Positions 29,187-39,299 are shown, numbered from the stretch's first letter. The stretch: DNA of 64,000 nt from an uncultured Candidatus Saccharibacteria bacterium (GCA_964384035.1 CAYLIB010000004.1:5340-69339); one strand, 5' to 3'. Notes: a model not told the origin generated them from the sequence alone. Numbers and translations: made by a program.

Positions 29187-29930
29187 TTATTCTTTATTCA
29201 TTGGTACTTCCATATAAACTCTTTCGTCGAAGCCACCTTTTAGGTCACGTTTTGCTTTTTGGATTTCAGCAATGTCATCCATTGTCCATTTGTAAGTTTT
29301 TAGGATTGCGGAAATGACTTCAAATACATCTGCCAGTTCTGTTTTTATATTTTGTTCGTCGTGAGCTTTTTCGACCTCTACGCTTTCCTCTATAAGTTTC
29401 TTCGATAGAAGGTGTTTGTAGAATTCGGTATCTGCAATTTTTTTGTTTAGGGTTTCTATACCGTATTTTTCTTTAAATTGTTTTGGGACTTTATCTCTTA
29501 TAAGTTTTGGAAAGAAATGTGCGGCGAACATTGCGTAGGCCTCACGTGCGTATGGGTCTAGGTCTTCGATTTTATTTATTTCTTCAAGAAATAACCATTT
29601 ATATTCTGTATGTTCGCTCTCGTCTAGTTCCACGTTTCCTTCGCATTCTGCAGTATAGCTCAATCTTACCACATGTAAGTCAGTTCGCAGTATATCTTGT
29701 GCGTGCAAGAGTTTGGGATTTGTAATAATTTTTAAACCGGTTTCTTCCTTTACTTCTCTTTTAAGATTTTCAATTAGTGGTGTAGAAGGTTCTATTCTTC
29801 CACCTGGAATATCCCATTTTTCTTTTACACCTGGGTACTTTTTTGGGTTTCTTTTAAGTATTAAGAATTGCCCGTCTTGGTTTTTTAATATTACTTTTAC
29901 ACCGACTTGTAATTCGATTTTTTCGTTCAT
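29187..29930 (-). CDS. NUDIX domain fused to MazG-like all-alpha NTP pyrophosphohydrolase
   Basis: PGGRIEP...REVKEETG; C-terminal KLIRDKVP...KLIEESVE...ELADVFEV...KRDLKGGF. Confidence 0.85.
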   Translation of the reverse strand: MNEKIELQVGVKVILKNQDGQFLILKRNPKKYPGVKEKWDIPGGRIEPSTPLIENLKREVKEETGLKIITNPKLLHAQDILRTDLHVVRLSYTAECEGNVELDESEHTEYKWLFLEEINKIEDLDPYAREAYAMFAAHFFPKLIRDKVPKQFKEKYGIETLNKKIADTEFYKHLLSKKLIEESVEVEKAHDEQNIKTELADVFEVISAILKTYKWTMDDIAEIQKAKRDLKGGFDERVYMEVPMNKE

Positions 29931-29981
29931 ATTTGCTACATTATGACTCTGTTATTTTATCTTAGTTTATGTGGAGGAAAT

Positions 29982-31016
29982 ATGAAAGTTATTGTTGGTA
30001 TGCCGATTTTTAATGCTTTACCGCTTATAGATGACACAGTTATTGTTCCGGCGGGACAGTTTACTACAGCCGATGCTGTGAGGGTTAAATATCAAAACTG
30101 GACACCTGGTATCACTGGGCAGCAAATAGTTCACGAATATAGTGTTATTGCAGAGGCGTTATTGAGTTCTGGGCACGAACCTTTTTTGCTTTATGATTTC
30201 AGGTATGTTCAACAAGTGGTTTTGGAGTTTTTTATTGAGATGGGTTATAAGTTTCTCAATTTGGAACTTGTAGATACCGGTATGCTTAGGTTTCCAAGGG
30301 ATGTATTTACCTATTTGAGCGAAGAAATTGTACTTGTTAACCCGGAGTCGACTTTCGACCCAATTGTTGAGACTCCACCAAGACTAAATTTGGTTAATTC
30401 TCCATTCGGTGAAGGTGGGCGGGTTTATGTTCTTGGAACCAAAATACTTTGTACAGAGTATTTTGTGTTCAATGGGCATACGTTGGACGAGGCAAAAAAG
30501 CATTCACAAGTAATCGAAAGTTTAGGTTTTGAAGTAGTATATCTTCCAAATCACCTACTCATGTCTAACTTGCCGGAAAGGGGGCCATACGTTGAGCCCG
30601 ATGATCATCTTGATAGGGTGATGGGGAAAGTGTTGGACAGAAATGGTAAATTTCACCTTATTCTGGACCCAACACTAAAGGTTGGTATGAATGAGGGGCG
30701 AATTAAAATGCTTCCTAGTAGTAAGGAGGGCATTCATTCGTGGAGAAAAATTCTTGAACAGGCAGGTTTTCAGGTCCATGTTCCTAAGATGAGCTCGGTC
30801 CCTATGTCGTGTGGTTTTTATCAGATGCCGTGTGGGAAAATTATTGTAACGTCGGGTGATGATGCCTTAATAGATGTACTTTTGAAGATAGTACCCATGG
30901 AAGAGTTGCTTATTTTGAATCCACCCATAGAGGTATTTCCTTCCCAGTTGGGAGCTGGGATTAGGTGTCTAATTAATGAAGTCCCTGATTCTTTAGTTTT
31001 ACCTAGGGTAGTCTGA
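29982..31016 (+). CDS. Amidinotransferase/deiminase (pentein) superfamily-like protein (SD-led)
   Basis: GGAGGaaat-ATG at 29982; FPRD, GEGG, HLD and terminal GAGIRC in pentein order. Confidence 0.65.
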   Translation: MKVIVGMPIFNALPLIDDTVIVPAGQFTTADAVRVKYQNWTPGITGQQIVHEYSVIAEALLSSGHEPFLLYDFRYVQQVVLEFFIEMGYKFLNLELVDTGMLRFPRDVFTYLSEEIVLVNPESTFDPIVETPPRLNLVNSPFGEGGRVYVLGTKILCTEYFVFNGHTLDEAKKHSQVIESLGFEVVYLPNHLLMSNLPERGPYVEPDDHLDRVMGKVLDRNGKFHLILDPTLKVGMNEGRIKMLPSSKEGIHSWRKILEQAGFQVHVPKMSSVPMSCGFYQMPCGKIIVTSGDDALIDVLLKIVPMEELLILNPPIEVFPSQLGAGIRCLINEVPDSLVLPRVV

Positions 31017-31085
31017 TCCAGAGATTATCCGGTTTTTTTATTCAAAAAGATCACTCGAAAGTGACCTTTTTTTAAAATTTACTTT

Positions 31086-31278
31086 TGGCGGAAGCGGAGG
31101 GATTTGTCGTCGTACTTTTCTACGACCTCCGCCACTGATGCAGTGGCTGCAATCTCCGCAAAGTACTCCTCTTCCCAAATTGCTTCTTTCTTTGTTTTTT
31201 GAAAAATCCCTCTTCGGGCTATTTCAAACAAACTCATAGGTAAGCAAGTAATTTGGGAGCCCATAAAAATCCGTCTTC
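31086..31278 (-). repeat. tRNA-like 3' end attached to a long palindromic insert
   Basis: Minus strand ends CAAATCCCTCCGCTTCCGCCA; nested IRs tcccaaattgctt/aagtaatttggga. Confidence 0.5.
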
Positions 31279-31316
31279 ATACAGAAAAAGACTACTCATA
31301 TTGAGTAGCCTTTTTC

Positions 31317-31406
31317 TGGCGGAGACGGGGAGATTCGAACTCCCGAGAGCTTTGACACCCTACTCGCTTTCCAAGCGAGCGCACTCGACCACTATGCGAC
31401 GTCTCC
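31317..31406 (-). tRNA. tRNA-Ser(GGA)
   Basis: GGAGACG acceptor; anticodon arm CTCGC-TTGGAAA-GCGAG; long variable arm; GTTCGAATC; encoded CCA. Confidence 0.96.
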
Positions 31407-31488
31407 AACAAAATAGGTTTTTATGCTTTGGGATTATAACTGGAATTTTATTAATTGTCGATTAATTAGTAATTTGTAGCGGGTATGT

Positions 31489-31517
31489 TTGACAGAGTTG
31501 GATTATTTATGTATAAT
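31489..31517 (+). promoter_or_regulatory. Consensus sigma70 promoter
   Basis: TTGACA-17-TATAAT, then leader hairpin ttttccaccag...ctggttggaaaa. Confidence 0.8.
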
Positions 31518-31615
31518 GTATTTTAAATACAGTTGCACGTTAGGGTTTTCCACCAGTTAAAGGCGGGCTGGTTGGAAAATAGGGTAAAAGGGAACGCCTG
31601 AGAGATAAAGAGGGT

Positions 31616-31822
31616 GTGATGGCGAAGAAGGATGAAAAAGAAAAGGCTCCTCAGATTACTTTGCAAACCAGGCCCATAGTGAGGAAAAAAGTGGGTGAGT
31701 GTACATGTGGGGCTTTTGCCGCTTTAGCGGCGAATGGGTTTGCGGATAGATATGATCCCGAATCCCATTCAGAGGATTGTGGGATGCGCCAGATTCTTAT
31801 ATCTGGCACAGACAAGTGGTAG
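31616..31822 (+). CDS. Small protein with possible Zn site (CTC...HSEDC), SD-led
   Basis: aGAGGGT before GTG ATG; own promoter and terminator ggctgtgaaaattcacagtctttttt. Confidence 0.6.
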   Translation: MMAKKDEKEKAPQITLQTRPIVRKKVGECTCGAFAALAANGFADRYDPESHSEDCGMRQILISGTDKW

Positions 31823-31885
31823 GCTGTGAAAATTCACAGTCTTTTTTTATTTGCTTAAGTTTTGGTCTGAAGATAGTATTAAATT

Positions 31886-32419
31886 ATGCAAAATAATATT
31901 GAAACAATTGTTTTGGGGGGAGGGTGTTTTTGGTGTACGGAAGGGATATTCCAGAGGGTGCCGGGGGTAGTTAGTGTGGTAAGTGGGTATGCGGGTGGAA
32001 CTGTTGAAAATCCGACTTATGAACAAGTTTCTACAGGGAGAACTGGTCATGCCGAGGTGGTTAAGGTGGAATATGAAAACTCTTCTGATGTACTTCAAAA
32101 AATACTTGATATATTTTTTGTTTTGCATGATCCGACCAGTTTAAATAAGCAAGGAAATGATGTTGGGACGGAATATAGATCGGCAGTATTTTTTACGATT
32201 CCTGAACAGGAGAAAATGATAACCGATACTATAAATAATATTAAAGGAGACTACGAAAAGCCTATAGTTACAGAAGTTAAGCCTTTGAATGTGTTTTATA
32301 TGGCTGAGGATTATCATCAGAATTACTACAATAATAATTCTAATAAACCTTATTGTACTTTGGTCATTGGTCCAAAGCTTGAAAAGTTAAACAAGATATT
32401 AGCTAAAGGTAATGCATAG
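31886..32419 (+). CDS. msrA: Peptide methionine sulfoxide reductase A
   Basis: GGGCFWCTE, GYAGG, TGHAE, HDPT, AEDYHQNYY. Confidence 0.96.
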   Translation: MQNNIETIVLGGGCFWCTEGIFQRVPGVVSVVSGYAGGTVENPTYEQVSTGRTGHAEVVKVEYENSSDVLQKILDIFFVLHDPTSLNKQGNDVGTEYRSAVFFTIPEQEKMITDTINNIKGDYEKPIVTEVKPLNVFYMAEDYHQNYYNNNSNKPYCTLVIGPKLEKLNKILAKGNA

Positions 32420-33599
32420 TTTTAAGAAGATTTTATTTTTATTAATACCTATATTGTTAGTTGGAGCTGTGTTATTTTTTGGTTACAAATACTACAACCA
32501 GAAACGACAGGAAAAAGCGGAAGCGAAACAAGTTGAAAAGCTTGAAAGTAAGGGTCTTACCGAGTCGGATTCAAATAACGTTATAAGTGATGCTGTTATA
32601 ACAAAAGAAAAAGAGAATAAGCAAGAAGAGCAGAAAGAGAAGACCAAAGAAGAACCACCAAGTGACGCGTGCATGAAAAATCAACCGGCAGATTTCGACT
32701 GTTATATGGGTTATTATCAAGGCTTGGTAAGGGTATCGGGTTCTTCTGTTGCTTTTAAGGATCTTAGGAAACGGTATGAGTCTGATAGTTATGTTGTGGC
32801 CCAGTGTCATCAGTTAACTCATATTATTGGTCGTACTGTAGCGTTAAGATATAACGATGTTGCTTTGGCGTATCAGGAAGGTGACAATTTTTGTTGGTCC
32901 GGATTTTATCACGGGGTTATGGAAACGGTGGCTCAAAAATTGGGTCCAAAAAAAATTGTAGGTCAAATTAATACTATTTGTGCCAATGTGCCGGGTAAAG
33001 ATAAATATTCGTTTGAATATTTTAATTGTGTGCATGGGTTAGGGCATGGACTTATGGCTATTTCAGACAATGAACTTCCGAAGTCTCTAAGCGACTGTGA
33101 GAAGTTGGTCGGCAGTTGGGAGCAGTCTAGTTGTTATGGTGGAGTCTTTATGGAAAATGTTATGGCAGACAATAGGGAGCATGTGACTAAATATTTAGAC
33201 CCAAAGAGGCCTCTGTATCCATGTGATTCTATAGATGATAAATACCAGAGTGACTGTTACTTAATGCAAACATCTTACATGATGAAAGTAACAAAAAGTG
33301 ATTTTCCTAGAATATTTGAATTGTGTGTAGGTGCGGGAAAATATAAAGATATTTGTTGGCAAAGTTTGGGAAGAGATGCTTCTGGGTCAACCGTGAGCGA
33401 TATTCAAAGAACACATGATATTTGTGAACTTGGGAGGTCTTTCGAACAAAAGTCTAATTGTATTGTTGGGGCGGTGAAAGATTTTGTTTCTTATTATCAT
33501 GGTGAGGAAAAGGCAATTGCATTGTGTAATTCGTTTGAAGAAGATTTGAAAAGTGTTTGTCTCCAGACAGAAAAAGAGTATTTTGTTTCTTTTAAGTAG
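32412..33599 (+). CDS. Exported Cys/His-rich protein
   Basis: N-terminal TM; CHQLTHIIG, CWSGFYHG, CVHGLGHG, CYGGVFMEN. Confidence 0.8.
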   Translation: MHSFKKILFLLIPILLVGAVLFFGYKYYNQKRQEKAEAKQVEKLESKGLTESDSNNVISDAVITKEKENKQEEQKEKTKEEPPSDACMKNQPADFDCYMGYYQGLVRVSGSSVAFKDLRKRYESDSYVVAQCHQLTHIIGRTVALRYNDVALAYQEGDNFCWSGFYHGVMETVAQKLGPKKIVGQINTICANVPGKDKYSFEYFNCVHGLGHGLMAISDNELPKSLSDCEKLVGSWEQSSCYGGVFMENVMADNREHVTKYLDPKRPLYPCDSIDDKYQSDCYLMQTSYMMKVTKSDFPRIFELCVGAGKYKDICWQSLGRDASGSTVSDIQRTHDICELGRSFEQKSNCIVGAVKDFVSYYHGEEKAIALCNSFEEDLKSVCLQTEKEYFVSFK

Positions 33600-33600
33600 G

Positions 33601-33812
33601 TTGTATTTATCAGTAAAAAATATCGTGGACACGGGTCAAAAATTTCCGGGAGGGAGCACCTCTTCTTCTCAGAGGCAGGCTCAGCCTGACCCTGAGAAGA
33701 AGAGATTCGCTTTTCGAATTTTTGCCCTCACTCTCAGCAAAAAACTGCGATGCAGGACCAAGCTTTTTTGTTTCCGAGACGGTCCGCGATATTTTTTTTC
33801 GGATAAATACAA
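33601..33812. repeat. Large palindromic element related to 23227-23511
   Basis: Terminal IR ttgtatttatc...gataaatacaa; internal tcttcttctcag-(CAGGCTCAGCCTG)-ctgagaagaaga. Confidence 0.75.
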
Positions 33813-33886
33813 TAGTATATTGAAAAAGAAATCGGGATCTAGAGTGGGAATTTGATAAGTAGGTGGGGGGAGGGTAAAATGAAGGT

Positions 33887-35647
33887 ATGGCAGATAAAGA
33901 AGTTGTTGAAATAAAGGATAAAATAGATATTGTGGACCTTGTGGGGTCTTATGTAAGCTTAAAAAAGGCAGGCACAAACTTTAGGGGTTTGTGCCCGTTT
34001 CATCATGAGAAGAGTGGGAGCTTTATGGTTTCTCCCCAAAAGCAAATTTTTCATTGTTTTGGTTGTGGAGAGGGTGGGGATATTTTTGAATTTATTATAA
34101 AAATAGAAAACGTAGATTTTAGAGAGGCGTTAAAGATATTGGCAGATAAGGCTGGAATTAAAGTGGCTGAGTATAAGAAAAAAGATAAGGCAGTGGAAGA
34201 AAAGGAAGATTTGGCTTTTCGTATAAATGCTTTTGCTAGTCAATATTATCATAAGGTTTTATTGTCACCTGCTGCTAATTTTGCCTTAGAGTATGTTCAT
34301 GGTAGAGGGCTTTCTAAGGAGACCATAGAGAAGTGGCAAATAGGTTTTGCTCCTGATGATTTTCATTCACTCGAGCGTGCTTTAATGCAGAAAAATATAC
34401 GTACCCTGGATATGCTTGAAGCAGGGGTAAGTGTAAAAAATGACACAGGAAAAATATTTGATAGGTTTAGGAACAGAATTACTTTTCCTATTTATAACTA
34501 TGTAGGAGAGTGTGTTGGCTTTACGGCTAGGGTGTTGCCCGGTGCATCGTCTAACACGCAAGCGAAATATATAAATTCACCAGAAACTCGAATTTACAAT
34601 AAGAGTAAAGTTTTGTTTGGTTTAAATTTTGCAAAACTTGAGATTAGAAAAAAAGATTATTCTATTGTTGTTGAGGGGCAGATGGATTGTATTAAAGCTC
34701 ACCAGGCTGGTTTTACTAATTGTGTGGCGACGAGTGGTACTGCACTCACTCAGGATCAGTTGGTTATGCTTAAGAAACTTTCTTCGAATATTATTTTTTG
34801 TTTCGATAGCGACGAAGCAGGTGAGAAGGCTCTAAGAAGAGCTGTAGAGATTGCATTACCTTTAGGTTTGTCGGTAAAAATAATGAGGCTGGTTGGCGCG
34901 AAGGATCCAGATGAGCTAATTTCTGATTCAGTAGAAAAATTTAAGAGTGCTATTAAAGAAAGTTTGTGGGCACTTGAGTACTATATTTTGAAGGCTAAAA
35001 AAGATTTTGAGTACCAATCTATAGAGCAAAAGAAATTTGTTAAAGTTAATATTTTGCCTTTGATAGATATGTTTACGGATAGGTTGGAGCAAGAACACTA
35101 TATGGATAAAGTGGTAGTGGAGTTTGGTATGACGAAGAATGCGTTACTTGAAACTATAAAAACTAAGGAAATGCCGGAGAAGGAGAATGTCGTTGTAAGT
35201 AAAGAAGGAGGGGATGAACAAGAGAGGTTAATTCTTGGAGGAATAATTGAGATATCGCAGTTTAGAGAAAAAATACAAGAAGAACTTGAGTCTACTGACT
35301 TTACTGACCCTAGGGTGAAAGAGTTTGTGGAGCTATTTAACTTGGGTTCGGAAGGGAGTGTAAGGTTAGAAAGTATGCTTGCAGAGCCATTTGCCAAAGA
35401 GGCAGCGTTTATGGTAGAGTTACGCTTGCAAGAACTACAGCAAAACAAAGAAGCTGTAGCGGGTGAACTTTTGCGAAGTTTTCACCTTTTAAGACTCAAT
35501 GCAGTTAAAAGGAAATTAACGGACCTAGTTTCGGCCTTGAAAAGGGCGGAAGCACAAAAGGATCCAGTTTCCGTAAGTAAGCTAAGTCAGGAATATCAGC
35601 ATTTAATAGCTGAAAGACTTAGGTTAGAAAAAATGTATAACTTGTAG
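33887..35647 (+). CDS. dnaG: DNA primase
   Basis: CPFHHEKSGSF, CFGCGEGGD, DRFRNR, KYINSPET, VEGQMD, FDSDEAG, KDPDE. Confidence 0.97.
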   Translation: MADKEVVEIKDKIDIVDLVGSYVSLKKAGTNFRGLCPFHHEKSGSFMVSPQKQIFHCFGCGEGGDIFEFIIKIENVDFREALKILADKAGIKVAEYKKKDKAVEEKEDLAFRINAFASQYYHKVLLSPAANFALEYVHGRGLSKETIEKWQIGFAPDDFHSLERALMQKNIRTLDMLEAGVSVKNDTGKIFDRFRNRITFPIYNYVGECVGFTARVLPGASSNTQAKYINSPETRIYNKSKVLFGLNFAKLEIRKKDYSIVVEGQMDCIKAHQAGFTNCVATSGTALTQDQLVMLKKLSSNIIFCFDSDEAGEKALRRAVEIALPLGLSVKIMRLVGAKDPDELISDSVEKFKSAIKESLWALEYYILKAKKDFEYQSIEQKKFVKVNILPLIDMFTDRLEQEHYMDKVVVEFGMTKNALLETIKTKEMPEKENVVVSKEGGDEQERLILGGIIEISQFREKIQEELESTDFTDPRVKEFVELFNLGSEGSVRLESMLAEPFAKEAAFMVELRLQELQQNKEAVAGELLRSFHLLRLNAVKRKLTDLVSALKRAEAQKDPVSVSKLSQEYQHLIAERLRLEKMYNL

Positions 35648-35753
35648 GGTCGGGCTTGAGGCCACTCTAAGGTTAGTGTTCATGAGACTTAGGAAATTGT
35701 TTTATATATAAACAATAGATACAGTCTCGATTTTTGGTAATTAATTTATATAT

Positions 35754-37091
35754 ATGAAGATGAGAAGCAAGTCGTCAAAAAAATCTTTAAAGAAGGTTTT
35801 TAAGCGGCCGAAACTCCAAAGGAAGGTTAAGTTAAAAGTGGTCAAGAAGAAAAAAATTGCTCCAAAGAAAGTTAAGCCAGTAAAGAAGAAAGTCGTTTTA
35901 AAAAAGCAAGTAAAGAAAGTTAAACCTTCTGCGCCTGCAAAAAAGACTGTTGTAAAAGCTAAGGAGTCCGCAGAAGCGGTGCTTTTGGATATCCCAAAAG
36001 TAATGAATAGGTTACTTGCAAGAGGTGGTGATAGAGGTTTCGTAACTGAAGCAGAAATTTTGCATGAAGCACCAGCTCTAGAAGATGATATTGCTGGGCT
36101 AGAACAAATATTTGACCAGTTGGATGTTCGTGGTATAGAAGTGGTAGACCAGGAACTTGCTTCGGTATGGGAACAGAATAAAGCGGAAGAACCAGTGGAG
36201 GGTAAGCCAAAAAAAGGCAGGAAACGTAAGGAAGAAGTACCTGAAGCGTTTGATTTAGGTGATATTTATGATGACTCTATTCAGATGTATCTGAGAGAGA
36301 TTGGTAAGGTGCCACTACTTACCGCTGAAGAAGAAATAGATCTCGCTAAGCGTATTACTAAGGGAGATGTGCAAGCTCGCAAGCGTTTGACTGAGGCAAA
36401 CTTGCGCTTAGTTGTTTCTATAGCGAAGAAGTATATGGGTAGAAACCTTGGTTTGCTTGATCTTATTCAAGAGGGTAACCTTGGTCTTTTCCGTGCGGTA
36501 GATAAGTTTGATTGGAGAAAAGGTTATAAGTTTTCTACGTACGCAACTTGGTGGATTCGTCAGGCTATTACTAGAGCCCTCGCCGACCAGTCTCGTACTA
36601 TTCGTATTCCGGTGCACATGGTGGAAACACTTAACAAGTATGCACAGGCAGAGCGTCAGTTAGTGCAAGATCTCGGTAGAGAACCGTTACCAGAAGAAAT
36701 TGCTGCGGAAATGGGTATAGAAGTAGAAAAGGTTTACCACTTAAAAAAGATTTCTCAGGAAACTGTTTCTATAGATTCCCCAGTTGGCGAAGACGAGGGT
36801 GAAGATTCTAACTTAGGTGATTTTATTGTAGACGAAGACACCACTAAGCCAAACGAAATGGCTGGCAGACAAATTTTAAAAGAATATGTTGGTGGAATAC
36901 TTAAAGACCTAGACCCAAGAGAGCAGAAGATATTAAAGATGCGCTTCGGGCTCGATGATGGTGTTACTCATACACTTGAAGAGGTTGGGGAAGAATTTGG
37001 TGTTACTAGAGAGCGTATTAGGCAGATTGAAGCTAAGGCGCTTGAGAAGATTAAGGATCATCCGGATATTCTTAAATTGCGCGACTATTAG
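35754..37091 (+). CDS. rpoD: Primary sigma factor with Lys-rich N-terminal extension
   Basis: [55 protein letters not shown]. Confidence 0.97.
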   Translation: MKMRSKSSKKSLKKVFKRPKLQRKVKLKVVKKKKIAPKKVKPVKKKVVLKKQVKKVKPSAPAKKTVVKAKESAEAVLLDIPKVMNRLLARGGDRGFVTEAEILHEAPALEDDIAGLEQIFDQLDVRGIEVVDQELASVWEQNKAEEPVEGKPKKGRKRKEEVPEAFDLGDIYDDSIQMYLREIGKVPLLTAEEEIDLAKRITKGDVQARKRLTEANLRLVVSIAKKYMGRNLGLLDLIQEGNLGLFRAVDKFDWRKGYKFSTYATWWIRQAITRALADQSRTIRIPVHMVETLNKYAQAERQLVQDLGREPLPEEIAAEMGIEVEKVYHLKKISQETVSIDSPVGEDEGEDSNLGDFIVDEDTTKPNEMAGRQILKEYVGGILKDLDPREQKILKMRFGLDDGVTHTLEEVGEEFGVTRERIRQIEAKALEKIKDHPDILKLRDY

Positions 37092-37150
37092 TCGTTCTAT
37101 GGACGGTGGGGCTTCCCCTCCGCCATTACCACCAACCCCTTACGGGAAGA

Positions 37151-37189
37151 TATAAAACCGCACACGGCAAAGCCGGATGCGGTTTTATA
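37151..37189. terminator. Bidirectional hairpin carrying the GGCAAAGCC repeat motif
   Basis: tataaaaccgca-cacggcaaagccgga-tgcggttttata. Confidence 0.7.
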
Positions 37190-37244
37190 CTATTAACCCT
37201 AAATAGGTAGTCCTTGGATATATCTTACTAGATCATTAACTGAA

Positions 37245-38102
37245 TTATTTATTTAGTTGTATGGCAATTTTACCATCATTTTTTATTAATTCTATTTTTT
37301 CCCAACCATTACCTTTAATAATCTTATTTTTGCATAATTCAAGTGCTGGGTATTCTATATTCTGATCAAATCCTTGTCTGTTAATGTCTAGAATTGTAGA
37401 CATTGAAGGCCAGATTAATGGGGCAGTTGAATAATTGTGGTTATCTTTTTCCCAATTACTTGTTCCTATTAGCCCGCATACGAAACCTTTTTCATTAAAT
37501 ACGGGTCCTCCGCTCATTTGATTTTTCCATGGTGCGTTTGTGAGTATGCTTGGGTAATTTAAACCCATAGTCTTGTTAATTATTTCCTTTACTTCGCCCA
37601 CTGATGTCATAGGAATAGCTCTCCATTCAAAATGATTTTTTTGTGGTTTTTTTATCTCGACGTTGCTATATCCAAAAGCAAAAATTCGTTCACCGATTTT
37701 TGGAGGTATTAGATCTAAGCCCAGACTCTTCCACTTATATTCCCAGGCTTCTTGGTTGTAGGGTTCAAGAGATAGAAACGCTATGTCAGTAACCGGGGAA
37801 AAAAATATTTTTTTTATATTCCAAATTGCCAGTTTCTTCCCATTGTCGTACAGCTGTGCAGCCTGCATGTTGTAGTTCAGTTCAATGCTCTTTGAAGGAG
37901 ATGTATTCTCTAAGGCTCTTATATCTGATTCAACAACATGTTTAGCTGTAATTGCTATTCCTTCTGCAATAATTACCCCAACTCCTCCTGGTGAAAAATT
38001 TTTATTTTTAAATGACCCTAGACAGAATGCGAATTCTAGAATAGGTTGATCGAAAGAAGTTATTTTTAAAGAAGGTTCTTTGGATAATTTTACTTCATTC
38101 AT
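37245..38102 (-). CDS. Trypsin-like serine protease
   Basis: ITAKHV (His), TDIA (Asp), QMSGGPVF (Ser). Confidence 0.85.
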   Translation of the reverse strand: MNEVKLSKEPSLKITSFDQPILEFAFCLGSFKNKNFSPGGVGVIIAEGIAITAKHVVESDIRALENTSPSKSIELNYNMQAAQLYDNGKKLAIWNIKKIFFSPVTDIAFLSLEPYNQEAWEYKWKSLGLDLIPPKIGERIFAFGYSNVEIKKPQKNHFEWRAIPMTSVGEVKEIINKTMGLNYPSILTNAPWKNQMSGGPVFNEKGFVCGLIGTSNWEKDNHNYSTAPLIWPSMSTILDINRQGFDQNIEYPALELCKNKIIKGNGWEKIELIKNDGKIAIQLNK

Positions 38103-38333
38103 TTGAGAAATATAGATTTAGGACCACTCCCTATTTCAAATAATGGAAATAAGGAAAAATTATATATAAGGCGGTTTGCATATTAATTATATGTTAATTT
38201 GTTGGGATGTAATATTAAAAATAAGAATTTTGACTATAGTAAAGATTTTTTAAAATATGTATTTAGCTGAATGTAATACAATAATTTTGTGACAGTTTTG
38301 TTATACTGGATTTAAGAATTAACATATAAAAAT

Positions 38334-38408
38334 ATGGTAAAAAAAAATTATGTGGATGGGTTTGTGTTTTTTAGAGATCCGGATGGGAATTTTTGGGTGG
38401 TGCAGTAG
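38334..38408 (+). pseudogene. Chimeric remnant: DUF1428 N-terminus joined to VOC/glyoxalase C-terminus
   Basis: MVKKNYVDGFVF-FRDPDGNFWVVQ*; first ~40 nt nearly identical to 39381-39422. Confidence 0.6.
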
Positions 38409-38454
38409 CTTCCGCCGAAATAAAATTAACTAAATAGAAATTAATAATAAATTT

Positions 38455-38766
38455 ATGAATAATGAAATGAACGAGGCTGTTAGGTTTCCTTTGTTAGAGG
38501 ACCTTCGGTTGTATCTAGGGGGAATGGATGAAAAGTATTCGGAGGTAAGTTTGGGATCAGTTTATTATATGGTGGTGAAAGATTTGAAGGCGGGTCATTT
38601 GACGTTAGACCAATTAAGAGAATTACACTTACGGACTAAGAAGTGTATGACGGATAGAGATACCTGGATGAATAATGGGGAGCTGTCTGATTTGGAACGA
38701 GATTTGGGTTCATTTTTAGAGGGCGTCGATTATGCAAAGATGAAAATAGAGAATGCTTTAAAATAA
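38455..38766 (+). CDS. Hypothetical protein
   Basis: 103-aa ORF, AT-rich leader. Confidence 0.6.
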   Translation: MNNEMNEAVRFPLLEDLRLYLGGMDEKYSEVSLGSVYYMVVKDLKAGHLTLDQLRELHLRTKKCMTDRDTWMNNGELSDLERDLGSFLEGVDYAKMKIENALK

Positions 38767-38873
38767 TTTATGGATAAATTAACCCTGAGTGATCGGGGTT
38801 TTGTCTTGACAAAATAGATAAAAATGTTATAAATATAAATTCTTTCATAATTCTAAACAAAGAGGATATTACT

Positions 38874-39299
38874 ATGTTTGAAGGTACTGGTCGGGTTATC
38901 CAGGGTTTGTTTGTTGCGGTGGTAGCTCTGATTGTTTTGGGTGTTGCTGGGGTTGCTTCTATGTATTGGTACAAAGGCCACCAAGTCAGCCAGGCAAAAC
39001 AACAGCAAGCTGAGACGGCAAACACATTGGGTCAGGTGTATAAAGCCAGGTTAATTATGAAGGAGCAGAAATTGCTCGTTTCTGAAATTAACGTTTGGCC
39101 CAGGAACGTTTTAGGTGACGCCGATCCTTCTTTTCCGCAGGAAGTGTTGCTGTTTAAGATTCCTGATGATCCACAAGTGACAGCAAAAAATAGATCGTTT
39201 GCTGTGGCTGGGCAAGGTACAGCGACTCGGGTGCTTTGGTTTACAGAAGCTGAAAATACCGTGCGCCCAGTCCGTTGCCGAGCAGAGTTCTGTAAATAG
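38874..39299 (+). CDS. Membrane-anchored hypothetical protein (SD-led)
   Basis: TTGACA at 38806; aGAGGAtattact-ATG; N-terminal TM; terminator taccacttttgaagtggtatttttt. Confidence 0.7.
   Translation: MFEGTGRVIQGLFVAVVALIVLGVAGVASMYWYKGHQVSQAKQQQAETANTLGQVYKARLIMKEQKLLVSEINVWPRNVLGDADPSFPQEVLLFKIPDDPQVTAKNRSFAVAGQGTATRVLWFTEAENTVRPVRCRAEFCK

Noticed and set aside
31086-31406. Integrated element bounded by tRNA att repeats
   Set aside because: The fragment differs from the adjacent tRNA's 3' end and only ~230 bp with no integrase lie between them.
33553-33977. Track ORFs 33553-33855(+) and 33681-33977(-)
   Set aside because: They span the palindromic element and overlap real genes.
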